64,000 nt of DNA, taken from assembly GCA_013265495.1 (NCBI GenBank), contig MU058039.1, positions 746,591-810,590 of the forward strand, written 5' to 3'. The notes beneath the pieces are model-generated. The model worked only from the letters and a program-made list of their open reading frames with translations, had not been told where the DNA came from and searched no databases. Each line of letters begins with the position of its first letter. Within the stretch, counting starts at the first letter, position 1. Below, piece after piece: positions 49,129-60,571 of this stretch. The translations under genes and the position numbers were made by a program. The DNA comes from Vicugna vicugna. Lineage: Eukaryota.

Positions 49129-49350
49129 CGACATGAGCTCAAGGGCCGGCTACCCCACTCAGGTTCACAAGCCGGCCAGCGCAGAGAGCCCACGACCCTC
49201 CCAGCTGGCCCAGTCCAGCGCCTTCCAGCTCTCTGCCTCTGTCCCCAAGTCCTTCTTCTCCAAGCAGCCTGTGCGCAACAAGCACCCGGCAGGATGGAAG
49301 AGGACGGACGAGCCCCCGCCACGGCCGCTCCCCTTCACTGACCCAAAGAA
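49129..49350 (+). CDS. SIPA1L3: SIPA1L3 coding exon (222 nt, phase 2 to 2): DMSSRAGYPTQVHKP...FQLSASVPKSFFSKQPVRNKHPAGWKRTDEPPPRPLPFTDPK
   Basis: Acceptor ttttcactctgcag ends at 49128 and donor GAA|gtaagt starts at 49351. In frame. Confidence 0.93.
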
Positions 49351-50975
49351 GTAAGTGCCTGGATGCCTGGTGAGGCACCACTGAGGACGGTGACAGCTCA
49401 GTCCCTCGTGCAGGACGCCATGCGGGTCCACACCTTGGGAAACAGCTGTGATCAGGCGGACGGTGATCCCTGCCCTTGGGGAGCTGACTTTCTGGCAGAG
49501 GAGGCGGACAACAAGTAGGATAACTAGGAAGAGAGTGCAGTAGGTCAGAGGGCAGCGAGCACTGTGGTGTCTGGATGAAAAGCATTCCAGGCAGAGGGAG
49601 CGGCAACAGCAAAGACCCTGAGGCAGGAGTGCGCCTGGTCTGCGGGAGGAAGGCCGGCGTGGCTGGGACCATGTGAGCACGTGAGGTCAGAGGGGCGCTG
49701 GGACAGATCGCACAGGGTCTTGTGGGCCCCTCTAAGGGCCGTGGCCTCTGCTGTCAGGGGCCCCCACGGGAGGGGATGAACATAATCTAAACGGGGTGCT
49801 CACAGGGTCCCTGCAGCTACGTGTGGAGCACAGCCTGTGGGGACAGGGGACCAGGGAGGCGCTACCACAATGGTCCAGGCAGGAGACGAGAGGGCTGGAG
49901 CAGAATGGAGGCCGGGGCGGGGAGCGGGGAGAAGGCGGCAGCTCCAGGTCAGATTCTCTGAAGTGGAAGCAGGCAGGCCTTGCTGGCAGATTGGATGTAG
50001 CGTGAGAGAAAGAGCAAGGCTGAAGATGAAAGCAGGTCTTGTAGCCTGAAGGGTGGACTCCCCTTGGGCTGAGGTGAGGCTGAGTAGGGAGCAGGCTCCG
50101 GAGCTCAGTCCCCGACGGGTTGTGATTACAACGCGCAGAAGACATGGAGCAGGCAGTCGAGTAAGGAGTCTGGAGCTCAGGGAGAGGTCAGTCAGCATAA
50201 AGGCCACAGAGGAGAGGAGGGGAGGGGAGGGGAGGGGAGGTGTGAAACTCAGCCTGAGACCCCTCTGTGTTCAGAGAATACAAGGAGGAACCAGCAAAGG
50301 AGGCGCCCAGGGGTGATGACTGTGAGAGGTCAGGGTGGGGTGAGCCCAGGGACTGAGCGACCATTGAGCCTCACAGAGGGGACTCAAGGGTGCGGGAGAG
50401 AAAAGTAGGGCAGAGTCGGAAGCAGCTGATTTGAGGCATTTTGCTATGAAGCAGAAGAGAAAGGAGAGGAGTGGTCAGTTAAGAAAGGGTTTTGTTTTTT
50501 TTTAAGTGAGGAGAATGTGATGGTTTCAAACATGTATTGAGTACTCGCTGTGTGCCAGTCTCGGTTCTGAGCTCTCGTACGGGAATTCACTGAATCCTCA
50601 ACAACAGCTCCGTGAGGTGAACCTATTATTCGCCCACTTTTCCCAGTGAGGCACCTGAGGCCCAGCATCTCACAGCCGGTAGGGGATGGAGCTTGGATCA
50701 GAGCCTAGGAACCCTGGTCCAGGCTCCTCTTCAGTTGGGTGTCAGGGATCTGCCCTCCTCCATCCTGTGACGTTGTCTTTCATGACCTGGGTGAGGCCAT
50801 GTGGATGACAGGAGGCGTCAGGAGAGAGAAACGGGATCCCTGGAGACGTCAAGGGTGAGCAAGCCGCTCTCAGGCTGAGCATCCAGTCCACGCACCTCAC
50901 TAACAGCTGGGGGCATCTGGATAACTAGATTTTGATCCTTCACTCCCCTGATTAAAACCTCCAGGGGCTTCCCTG

Positions 50976-51103
50976 CTGAGCACATACACTGTACCAGGCA
51001 CTAGTACACTGCATGCTTTGTACTGCTCCCAGGATTAATGATGAAGGCTCATATCTACTGAGCACATACACTGTACCAGGCACTAGTACACTGCATGCTT
51101 TGT
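50976..51103. repeat. Perfect 46-bp direct repeat (50976-51021, 51058-51103) with a 36-bp spacer
   Basis: Both copies read ctgagcacatacactgtaccaggcactagtacactgcatgctttgt. Confidence 0.95.
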
Positions 51104-51649
51104 CCAGACTCCCACGCGGACCCGGCGTGACCCGCCTCCCCACTCCTCTGCGCTCATCTCCTCCCATGCTCCCCTCATTCACCCCACTCCAGCCACCTGG
51201 CCTCTTCCTGCTCCTAAGCCCTGCGACACATGGCTGACCTCAGGGCCTTTGCGGTGGCTCTCTCGGCCCTGGAGTTCTCTTGCCCTGCATCTTGTGTCTG
51301 GCTCCAGGGGGGCTTGGTCCAATGCCCCCTCCTCAGCCTTCCCAGCCATTATTCTGTCGCTGTTCTCTGTTCCACTGCCTGGTTGCCCCACAGGAAAGCA
51401 GGGATCACTGTCTTGGTCACGAGATTCTTATAGCTGCCAGGCATCAGTGGGTGCCCCGTCAGTGAATGGAACTGCACCCCCATAGGATCCTGTAAGGCCC
51501 CCACTTTTCAGGATGGCCAGAGGGTCAGGCCCTGCTCACCCCACTGTGCTCTTCCATGAGGGCAGCTGCCCTGCCTCCCCAGTGTGCCTGCTGTTCCCTC
51601 TCCCAACCCAGGTCCCTCCCTACCCGGCTCACTCCTTTCTACCCACCCG

Positions 51650-51990
51650 CAGTTGGCTAGGCCGTGGCAGCAAAGCCCCTACACCGAGTGGCTCAGCAGC
51701 AGGAATGCATTGTCTCGGGGTCCTGTAGGCTGGGAGGCCGAGTAGGGGTGTCGAGTCAGGGTGCCGGCAGGGTTGGTTCCTCCTGAGGGCTGGGAGGGAG
51801 GGAGGGACCTGTTGCACGCCACTCTCCCACTCCTGGTTGACTTGCTGGCAATCTGCAGGACTTCTTGGCCTATAGATGCATGGCCCCAGTCTCTGCCTGT
51901 ATCGTCATGTGACGTTCTCCACGCATGCAGGTCTCTGGGTCCACATTTCCCCTTTTTATAAGGACACCAGTCATTAGATTAGGGTTATGG
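51650..51990 (-). mobile_element. MaLR LTR fragment (MLT1B/C-like)
   Basis: cagggttggttcctcctgagggctg, cttgctggcaatct, atttccccctttttataaggacaccagtcattagattaggg. Confidence 0.75.
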
Positions 51991-54900
51991 TCTCAGCACA
52001 GCCATGCCATCCTCAAAGATGCTCCCCGAGCCCCCACACCAGGCTCACCGCTCCCGCCGACCCTACACTTCTTCCCTCCCTCAGCATCTGTCCAGGGCAC
52101 ATCAGATGGTCACGTCCTAGAGACTTGCTTCCTTCCTGTTGCCCCACTGGACTGAGGGGTCTGGGAGAGCAGAGCACCTGAGCCCCCCTCAGAGCCCAGT
52201 ACATAGCAGGCACTCAGAAAATATCCCTGGATACATGACAGCCATCAACAAACAGCAGCCCCTTGTTCTCAGTGATAAGATCCAAGGAAGTCTTTTTACA
52301 TACGTGTGTGTGTACACGTATGTAAACTACATATATAAAATATTGGGGGACACAAATAGTTTCATAGTTTCTTACATTTATTAATTTAGTTATAGATACG
52401 TTTTTAAAATCACATGCATAAGATTATATGTTAATACAGGATTAATCCTTTTGTCCACACCCTACCATTTCAAGAAGCTGGTTTATTCAGACTCTCCCTG
52501 CGCAGTTTGGAGATAATGTCTTTGTCATTGTTAGAGACACTTCTGAGTCACTTAACCTAGTTTTCCAGAAAACATTGTCTTTACTTCCAGCTAAATTATT
52601 TGAGACTAAACATGTTTGCTTTTAATCTGTGTATAATTCTGTTGCTGAATATTTTATCCCAAGGCACAAAAACTCATTTGCATAACTTATTTACCTACGT
52701 TTATTTATACCTACCCTGCCAAGTACTGTCATAAGCCTTTTACCTACTTAAACTCATTTAATCTGCACTATAGAACAATGAGTGTAGGTACTTTGTATCC
52801 CATTTTCCAGATAAGAAAAATTGAGGTCACAAAATAGTTGAGTCCCTTGCCCAGATTCACTTGGTTAGTTAAGGTTAATCACTGCAAATATTATGATTGT
52901 TGGTTTTGTAATTTGTCACCACATATTATGAGCTTTTCCCCCAAAGAGTAATTACCAGGTCTTCCTCCTTTATCTTTGGTTCTGGTCTAACACATCCCCA
53001 GAGGAATGAGAATGGCTATGGCTGACATGGGGGCGCTGCCTCTCAGCCAGGCTGCATGGCTAGGGCTGTGCAGACCTGGCCCCACTGATCCTCCCGGAGA
53101 CCTCCTTTCCAGTTGGGAAACTGAGGCACAGGTAGAAGTGCGTAGCCCAGGACTCCTCCCAGCAAGGTAACTAACAGAGCATCTCATCACGTGAGAGGGC
53201 AGGGAGGACAGGCATCCAGGGCCGTGGCTCGTGTGTTCTGAGGACTAGCTTCTTGGCGGAAATAGTCTCAGGCGAACACTCTGTTGAAGAAAAGACAGAG
53301 TGAGCTGGTGAAGGACAGAGAATCTGCATGCTGAGGGGACCGAGAGCACCTGCAGGTCCCTCGCCTTCAGCCCTTCTGTCTCAGGCCCCGGTCAACCCTA
53401 CAGGGCAGGCCAGCAGCTCTGCCTCCAGAGATGGCCAGACGGCCCTGTTTTGACCCCTTTGTCCCAAGACACTGGACTCACTGGCCTGCCTTCTCCCAGC
53501 CAGCAGAGGGGCAGAACAGCATGGGGTAAGGGCGGGACTCCCTCATAAGCTCTTTAACCCCTCAGCTTCCCTCTCTTTAAACTGGCCTGACAGTTGTCCC
53601 TACCTCCCAGTCGTGAGGACTTATGGAGTTAATCCACGTGAGGACCCCAGCACCGGGGGGTGAGTTGCCCAGGGCTTACCAGGTGAGGGTGTGGCTAGGC
53701 CAGTGGGTTGTCAGGCTGGATCCCTGTGGAGCAGGAGGCAGAACCAGCAGCCCTCAGCCCTGCCTCCCCATCCGTCCTGGGCTCGTCCTCCCCCGCGGGC
53801 TCATCTCAACCCAACCAAAAGGCTGCCCCTGGAGGCTAGCGGCTCTGCCATCACTGTTGGAAGCCCTTGGAGCATCAGGACCCTTACCGGGAGAGCAGGA
53901 TGATGGTAGGTAATGGCGATGATGGCCATGAGGAGGGAACTTAGCCACATGAGGTGCACTGGCCCCAGGTGAGGGCCCACATCACCGTGTGCCATGCACA
54001 CTGAGCGCTACTTTCTGAGTGTCCTCAACTCTCTGTGCCTCCGTCCCCTAGCCTCAAAAGGGAAAGACAGGAGTGCCTACCCCCCCGAGTTGGTGTGAGG
54101 ATTCAGTGAGTCGTAGGGAAATGCGCGGTCATCATGGGAACTGGTGTCTAGTGGTTAACATCTGGCCTTTGGGCTCCTTCCTTGAGTTTAGGGGTCCTGG
54201 GTCCAGCTCAGCCCAGCCACGGAAGGAGCAGGGGAAAGCCTCTCGCTGACATCCCCACCCCACGGCACAGTTGCCCCCAACTCCCACAGGCCTCTTCCAG
54301 CCATCCTTCCAGGAAAATCTGCCTGCTGCCTAAGGTGCAGACCCGGTGAGTGTCCTCGCCAGCGAGGTTGGCAGAACCCCCGAGCTCAGGCAGGCCGACA
54401 GCCTCCTAATTAGCTTCATTAACCCGGCCCCGAGGGAGCTGCCCCAGTTGGAGGCCAGAGTTCCAAGTCAGCAGGATCGGCCCAGCCAAGTGGGAGCCCC
54501 TGGTTGCCGTCCACTTCTGGCCCTGTTATCACAGGAAAAAGAAGTTGCTGTTGTCTGGGTCCTGACCGCAGAGACTTCTTTGTAATTTTTTTTCTTTTTC
54601 TTTTCCAATGTAAGCAGTTTAATTCTACAATATGGCAAATGCGAGTTCAGACAACCTGGGCAAATTAGAGACTGTCTTGTGCTGTCGGTCAGAACCTTGA
54701 GACAGGATACCTCCTTCTGGGTGTTTTCTTCATTTGTGTTTTTAAAGATAAAACACACACAGCATAAAAACCAAACTGATACAAAAGGGATTGCATTGAA
54801 AACCAGGCCTCTCTCTCTTCCCTGGCCCCCAGCCATCCAGCTCCCCTCCCCAGAAGCAAAACATTGTTTCATTCCTTCTGCATCCTTCCAAAAATGTTCC

Positions 54901-56722
54901 AAACATGACGGAGCATGCATGAGTGCGTGTGTGTCCCTCAGGCCTCTTTTTGTTTATCAATGCAGTCACCCCCTGTCCCTGCACCTCCAGCCTTTCTCAC
55001 GCGCTCTTTTCTCAGCTCAGCGACAGTTCCCTGTTAGTACATACACGGTGATCTCATTCTTCTTAACGGTCAGAGGATAGTCCATTCTATCCTCAGAGGT
55101 CATTAGGTTTAAACAATTATGGAGACCAGAGATCTTGAGAAAAAGGAAAAAGGTCGGAGATGTACAAGCCCAGTTTGGTTTAGTTGGGGTTTTGTTTTTG
55201 TTTTTCTCTCAACCTGGAATTTAATAGCATCTTAAATGATTGCTTAGAATATTCAGTTTAGAAAATACATTGGAAAATTCTTCCAGAAGAAAGAGAATAA
55301 GGGCAAGAGTGATCGATTTGACGCTCCAAACTGAATTTCATCTTACTTCTTCCCGTTAGATGTGTCGCAGAAGCCCACTAACACTGTCAGGCCACGTGGA
55401 GCCCGCAGTGGATGGATAAGTGCAGAATTGAGGGCCGGGGGAGAAGGTTCTAGCATGATTTCTTCCAGTGAGCCAGCCTTGCACTGTAGAATTAGGAGTG
55501 CCTGCCGAGAGTCCTGCAGGTCCTGGGAGCTGGGAAGGTGGTTGTAGCAAATGAACACAAACAGAGCAGGGAAGGAATGCTTGTGTTCTTTTGGCTTGAC
55601 TTTTTAAAGGATCTCTGTAGTTTTTTCTGTCTTGTAAAAGTCAGTCAAGCTTGTTGTAAAAGGAAGGAAGAGAATAAGGAAGGTGGGAAGGAAGGAGATG
55701 GGTAGGGAGGTTGGCTGCTTGGTTGGCAGGAAGGTTGGCTCCGTGTGATACACATTTGACAACGAATTTTGAGTGCCTGCAATGCGACAGGCCTTGTTCC
55801 CGACACTAGACATGGAACGCAGAAGGCTGCAGGTGGGAGGAGTGGGACTGCAAACACAAGTACACAGGACAGATCATCGTGAAATGAATACAGTGAGGAG
55901 GTAACACTGGACTGTGTGATGGAGCTCGCCGGGGCAGGGAGCAAGCACCAGGAGGCCGAGCAGTCAGGGGAGGCCTCTATGAGGAAGTGAGCCAACCCGG
56001 ACAGATGAGAAGCTGCCACTTGCAGGGAATGCTGGGGAGGGTAGCCAGAATAGCCAGTGCAAAGGCCCTGAGGCAAGAACATGCCTGCTGTGCTAAGGAA
56101 CCCTGAGAAACCCTGTGGGAGGGGATGAGGGCTGAGGCGGAACAGGACAACTCGTTTTGGACTTCATGGGCTGTGGTGAGGAACATTTTTAAAAAGTGAA
56201 TCCCCCACCTAGCCACCTCTGGAGCTGAGAGCTAGGTAAACTTCAGTATAGCAAGCTAAGCTGTGTGTGAGTTTCATTTTCTAAAAATGATTTCACACTA
56301 CACATTCTGCTTCTTTATTCCCATGACATACCTGGGAGAACCTCTTTCTGTGTCCCGTGGATCAGCCCCACTTCTCTTCAGCAGCTAGATGGTCCCTGGA
56401 GGACCACCTTGCCCTTCTCCTGCCTGCCACTGCCCAGTTCTGTGTGCTCCACAGACGGGACCCCACGAAGCATCCCCATGCACCCCGGCACACGTGGGTT
56501 CATGCGGGCCTTTCAGAAGGCCACACTCCCAGATGTAGAACTCTTAGGGCCAAGAGAGCACACGTTTTCAAGTTTGCAGCAGGTCATTTTACACCCCTCC
56601 CAGAGGGGAGCCTGTGGACAGTGCTCCTTTATTGCAGTAGATGAGCTGAGGGCCCAGCCTGCTCCAGGGTTGTTGGGCGCACAGCGGGCCCGGCGCTGAG
56701 TCACTGCAGCCCCCCCTTGCAG

Positions 56723-56761
56723 GGGATTCTGGGAAATGGCAAAATCAAAAGGGAAGGTGGG
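56723..56761 (+). CDS. Candidate 39-nt alternative (micro)exon of SIPA1L3 adding GFWEMAKSKGKVG
   Basis: ccccccttgcag acceptor, consensus GG|gtaagt donor, length divisible by 3, phase 2 to 2 matching the flanking exons, and no stop codon. No transcript evidence is available. Confidence 0.45.
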
Positions 56762-59301
56762 GTAAGTCCCCTTCCAGCTCCCGCGGGAGCAATATGTGCT
56801 CTAGGGTGTGTCTGTCTCTTTCTCTCTTTCTGCCTCTTTCTGTTTCCCTCGTTTGGATAGAAAGCTTTTCATTTGTGCAGAGAACACTCTTCCCTAATAA
56901 ATGACGGAGCCAGAATTACCCTAGACCTGGAATTCTCATCTGGGGAGGAATATGACCTAACAAGAAAAAGCTCACCACCCTCTCTTCCTTCCTTTGTTAA
57001 ACTCCCAAGCCTGGCAGCTGAGAAAATGAGAAAAAAATGTAGACTTCAATACCCTCAGGAGCCCAGGGTATCTCATTTCTTCCTGGATTCAAAGACTCTT
57101 TTTTTCTTTCCTGAGTTACAAAATGATGAAGTCTAGGTATCAGCTCTTTTTAAACTGGTTTTTATTATTATTATTGTTATAACACATGATTATAATAAAA
57201 ATAAATTCAGACAGTTCAGAAGGATGTGGGTATCAGATGAAAAGTAAAAGTCATTTTTCCACCTTCTGATAAGACTTTAACTTCCCAGAGGTAATCATTG
57301 TTCATAATTTCTTCCAGAATTTTTTTCTGCCTATAAAAGCATGTTATTAAACCAAATGTGATTACGTTCCACATACCATACATCTTTTATACGCCGTCTC
57401 TGTGATAGAAACATGACAGTCAAGCACAGTGGTGACAGCTGAGGGCTCTGCAGCCTGGTGGCCTTGGCGGGAACTCTGACTCCCCTGCTCACAGGCTGGG
57501 GGGCTTTGGACAGTTACTTTCTCTCTCTGTGCCTCGGCTTCCCATCTACAACATGGAGGTGCTAGTAATAGTGGCTGTCGGGGAGGGCTGCTCTGCAGAT
57601 TTCACAAGGTGGTGGAGAGGGCCTGGTGCGCCCTGAGGGCACCCTGATAGCTGTCCTTATCTCTTTTCTGGGGGGTGGCAACAGCTCAGGTGAGGGACCC
57701 AGTTTTCACGGTAGAAGAGCTGACTCCAAAGGCAGGGCCAAAATCAGAGGATGAGGGGGGACCTCAGGGGAAGTCCCAGGAGTGGAGGACCTGGAGCCCC
57801 AGGGGAGTCAGCCTGGGCCAGGAGAGGGCCAAGGGGCGGTGGGATGATGGTCTGTGGAGCCAACAGAGAGAGTTAGGAGCAGCAGAAGAGGGCTGTGTGC
57901 AGCTCAGGGGCCTGGGCTGCCTCAGGGAAACTCATTTCCCCAGTGTCTGCTCTGTCAGGTGCCAGCCAGGCGCTTTGCAGCAAACCCCAAAATGCTGTGA
58001 GGTCAGCCTGTTTCCCACATGAGCAAACCAAGGATCAGAGAGGTGGTGTGACTTGCCCAGGTTCCCACAGCAGGAACAGGCAGAGCCTAGACTCAGACCC
58101 AGGCCTGTTTGCCTCCAGGGCTCCAGCTCTTAACCCCAGGCTGTGCCTCAAAGACTTTCAGACCACAGAATGTTCTGGAAGGCAGCTCTGGGTCAGCTTG
58201 GGGAATGCCAAAGAAGAGAGTGGTGGTCAGAGAGACACTGGCTCACAAACCAACTTCTGAAACTGGATGATCAGTAGAAAAGCAAGATGGCAGCAGTCGG
58301 GGGGCTCTGCCTTTACAGTGACCTCATCTCTGGATCCCCCCAGTTACCCCATCATGCGTGAGTCCTCTTACCCAATGTGAGGAATGAGGAAACCAAAGTT
58401 AGGGATATCTGGTGCCAGGCCCTGGAGCGCTCAGGCCTGAGGTCTGCTGCCTGTGGCCAAGCACTTGCCATAGAGACCTGTCCCTGGGGGTGCTCCCTCT
58501 GTGGGACCCCATCCCTCTTGTGTGGCTGGAATCCCTGGTCTGGGCCACCCGCATCTCTCACCTGAACAACTGCGGGAGCTTGCTCACTGTGTCCCTGCTT
58601 CCATGAGGGTCACTTTTCCATCCGGGACCCTTCTAAAATGCAAATCAGGGCGTGGCGCTCCCCAGATCAGAGGCTCCCCATATGCAAGTCCCCTCTGTGG
58701 CTCATAGGTTCCCAAACATCTGCCCCAGCCCCTCCCAGGCCTCACCTCCCACCCCTCACTCCCCTCGCCTACTCGCCCCTCCCCCCACTCCATAAACTCA
58801 CCCGGCTTGTTCCCCCCTCACAGCCCAGCGCTTGCTGTTCCCTCTGCCCAGAGCCCGCTTCTACCTGGTGGATTCCTGCCTTCCTCCAAGTTTCGGCTCA
58901 GACTCCATCCCCTCAGAAAAGCCATCCTCCGTCCCTGTCAGCCCCTCTCCATTTACCTGGCTTTATTTTTCTTCAAAACCTCCCCTCCTCCCATTATGGT
59001 CTCTCTCTCTCTGTTCACTTATTTGTTGCCAGGCTTCCTGACTGGAGTCAGCTCCACATGCAGGGCTGTACCCCCACCAAGAGCACGCATGGCACAGAGT
59101 CGGTTCCCCGGAGATCTCTGTGGGATAAGTGAGCGGAGAGAATCAACCTGGTCCCTCTGTCCCACTTTCACCCGGTGAAGCGGAGAAGCTGCCTGTGGTC
59201 ACTCGCCCAGTGGCGGCGGCACGGCCTTCTTGGGTCAGGACAGCTTTGGGCAGCGGCGCGAGCCTCCCAAGACCCCTCCGACCCTGACCCTCTCATTCCA
59301 G

Positions 59302-59467
59302 GCAGGTGGACAGCAACACGAAAAACGTCTTCGGGCAGCCGAGGTTGAGGGCGTCCCTCCGAGACCTCCGCTCCCCCCGGAAGAACTACAAGTCCACCAT
59401 CGAAGATGACCTGAAGAAACTCATCATCATGGACAACCTGGCGCCCGAGCAGGAGAGAGACGCTGGG
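59302..59467 (+). CDS. SIPA1L3: SIPA1L3 coding exon (166 nt, phase 2 to 0): QVDSNTKNVFGQPRLRASLRDLRSPRKNYKSTIEDDLKKLIIMDNLAPEQERDAG
   Basis: Branch ctgac and acceptor ctcattccag end at 59301; donor GGG|gtacgt starts at 59468. Contains the conserved KSTIEDDLKKLI motif. Confidence 0.94.
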
Positions 59468-60327
59468 GTACGTAGAGGCTGCCCCGCCCTGCCACTCACT
59501 GAATCAGGCAGGCCGGGGAGCCGTGGGAGGGCGAGGCGGGAGGACTGGTCCCTGCGCTCACTCCTGCCCTCCCTGCCCATGGCCTCTGCCCACAGCACCT
59601 GCCAGCCTGTTTGGGTGTGTGTGGCCAGGATATCACGTTGGTCAGGGAGAAGAGTACAGTATAAGCTGGCCTTGGCAGGCACAGGGGAATTTACTCCACA
59701 CCAGTACCTCACGGGACTGAAAAGGGATGCTCTTACTGGCTTTCGTGTAGTCCTCCTGAAGCCCACAGGGGAAGCAGCCCCCACCCACCCGAACCGCAGG
59801 GACCAAGAGGGGAGGAGAGCTGCCCCGGGGGCCTCCAGGCCCTTGTCACCCAAGAGTGGGGGAGGCCAAAACAGCAGACGTCCTTAGTCCCTCACTCCAC
59901 TGCTCCTCCTCCCTCTTGTCCCTGCCTACCCCCAGCTACATGCTCAGGCAGGCACTCTCTCTTGGGGACCTGGGGGGCCGCAGTCTGTCTGGGGTTCTCT
60001 CCCAGCAGCACGAGCACTGGGGGCAGCCAGTGCTCAGTCCCTAGTGTGCCCACATGGACTGACTTCCAGTGCTCCACCTTGGGTCACACCACCTTCCCTG
60101 ACCTTGCCCGGAGCTGGAGGCTGGGATCAGCCCAACAGAACCATGTGGGCCGCTTGTGGGGGAGGAGGAACCCCCAGGGGGAAACTGGGGTGTGTTGACC
60201 AGAAAAGGGTAGAAATGGATGTTGGGTGGGTAAGGACCACAGACCTCCCAGATGGGAAGAAGCCACTACTGAGGACAGCAGCCATGGGCCTGGCTGTGAC
60301 CACGTCCGGTGTCCCCTGTCTTGGCAG

Positions 60328-60571
60328 CAGTCACCACAGAAGAGCCTTCAGCGGACGCTGTCGGATGAGAGTCTGTGCAGCGGGCGTCGGGAGCCCAGCT
60401 TTGCCAGCCCCGCCAGCCTAGAGCCCGGCCTGCCCAGCGACGTGCTCTTCACCAGCACCTGCGCCTTCCCCTCCAGCACGCTGCCCGCCCGCCGCCAGCA
60501 CCAGCACCCCCTCCCGCCCGGCGGCCCCGGTGCCATCCCTGCCACCGGCAACGGCTTCCCAGAGAAGAAAT
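60328..60571 (+). CDS. SIPA1L3: SIPA1L3 coding exon (244 nt, phase 0 to 1): QSPQKSLQRTLSDESLCSGRREPSF...LPSDVLFTSTCAFPSSTLPARRQ...FPEKK, start of the SPAR C-terminal region
   Basis: Tandem acceptor ggcagcag at 60323-60330 and donor AAAT|gtgagc at 60572. Contains the LQRTLSDES and LPSDVLF motifs. Confidence 0.93.

Noticed and set aside
50976..51103. Repeat-spacer-repeat (46/36/46 bp) resembling a minimal CRISPR array
   Set aside because: Only two units, in a mammalian intron, with no cas genes or leader. It is better explained as a local duplication or templated insertion.
59298..59305. Second AG 4 nt downstream of the exon acceptor (ccag gcag), and a similar cag ag at 34314-34318
   Set aside because: Use would frameshift. 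The proximal AG gives the conserved protein and nothing in the sequence supports alternative use.
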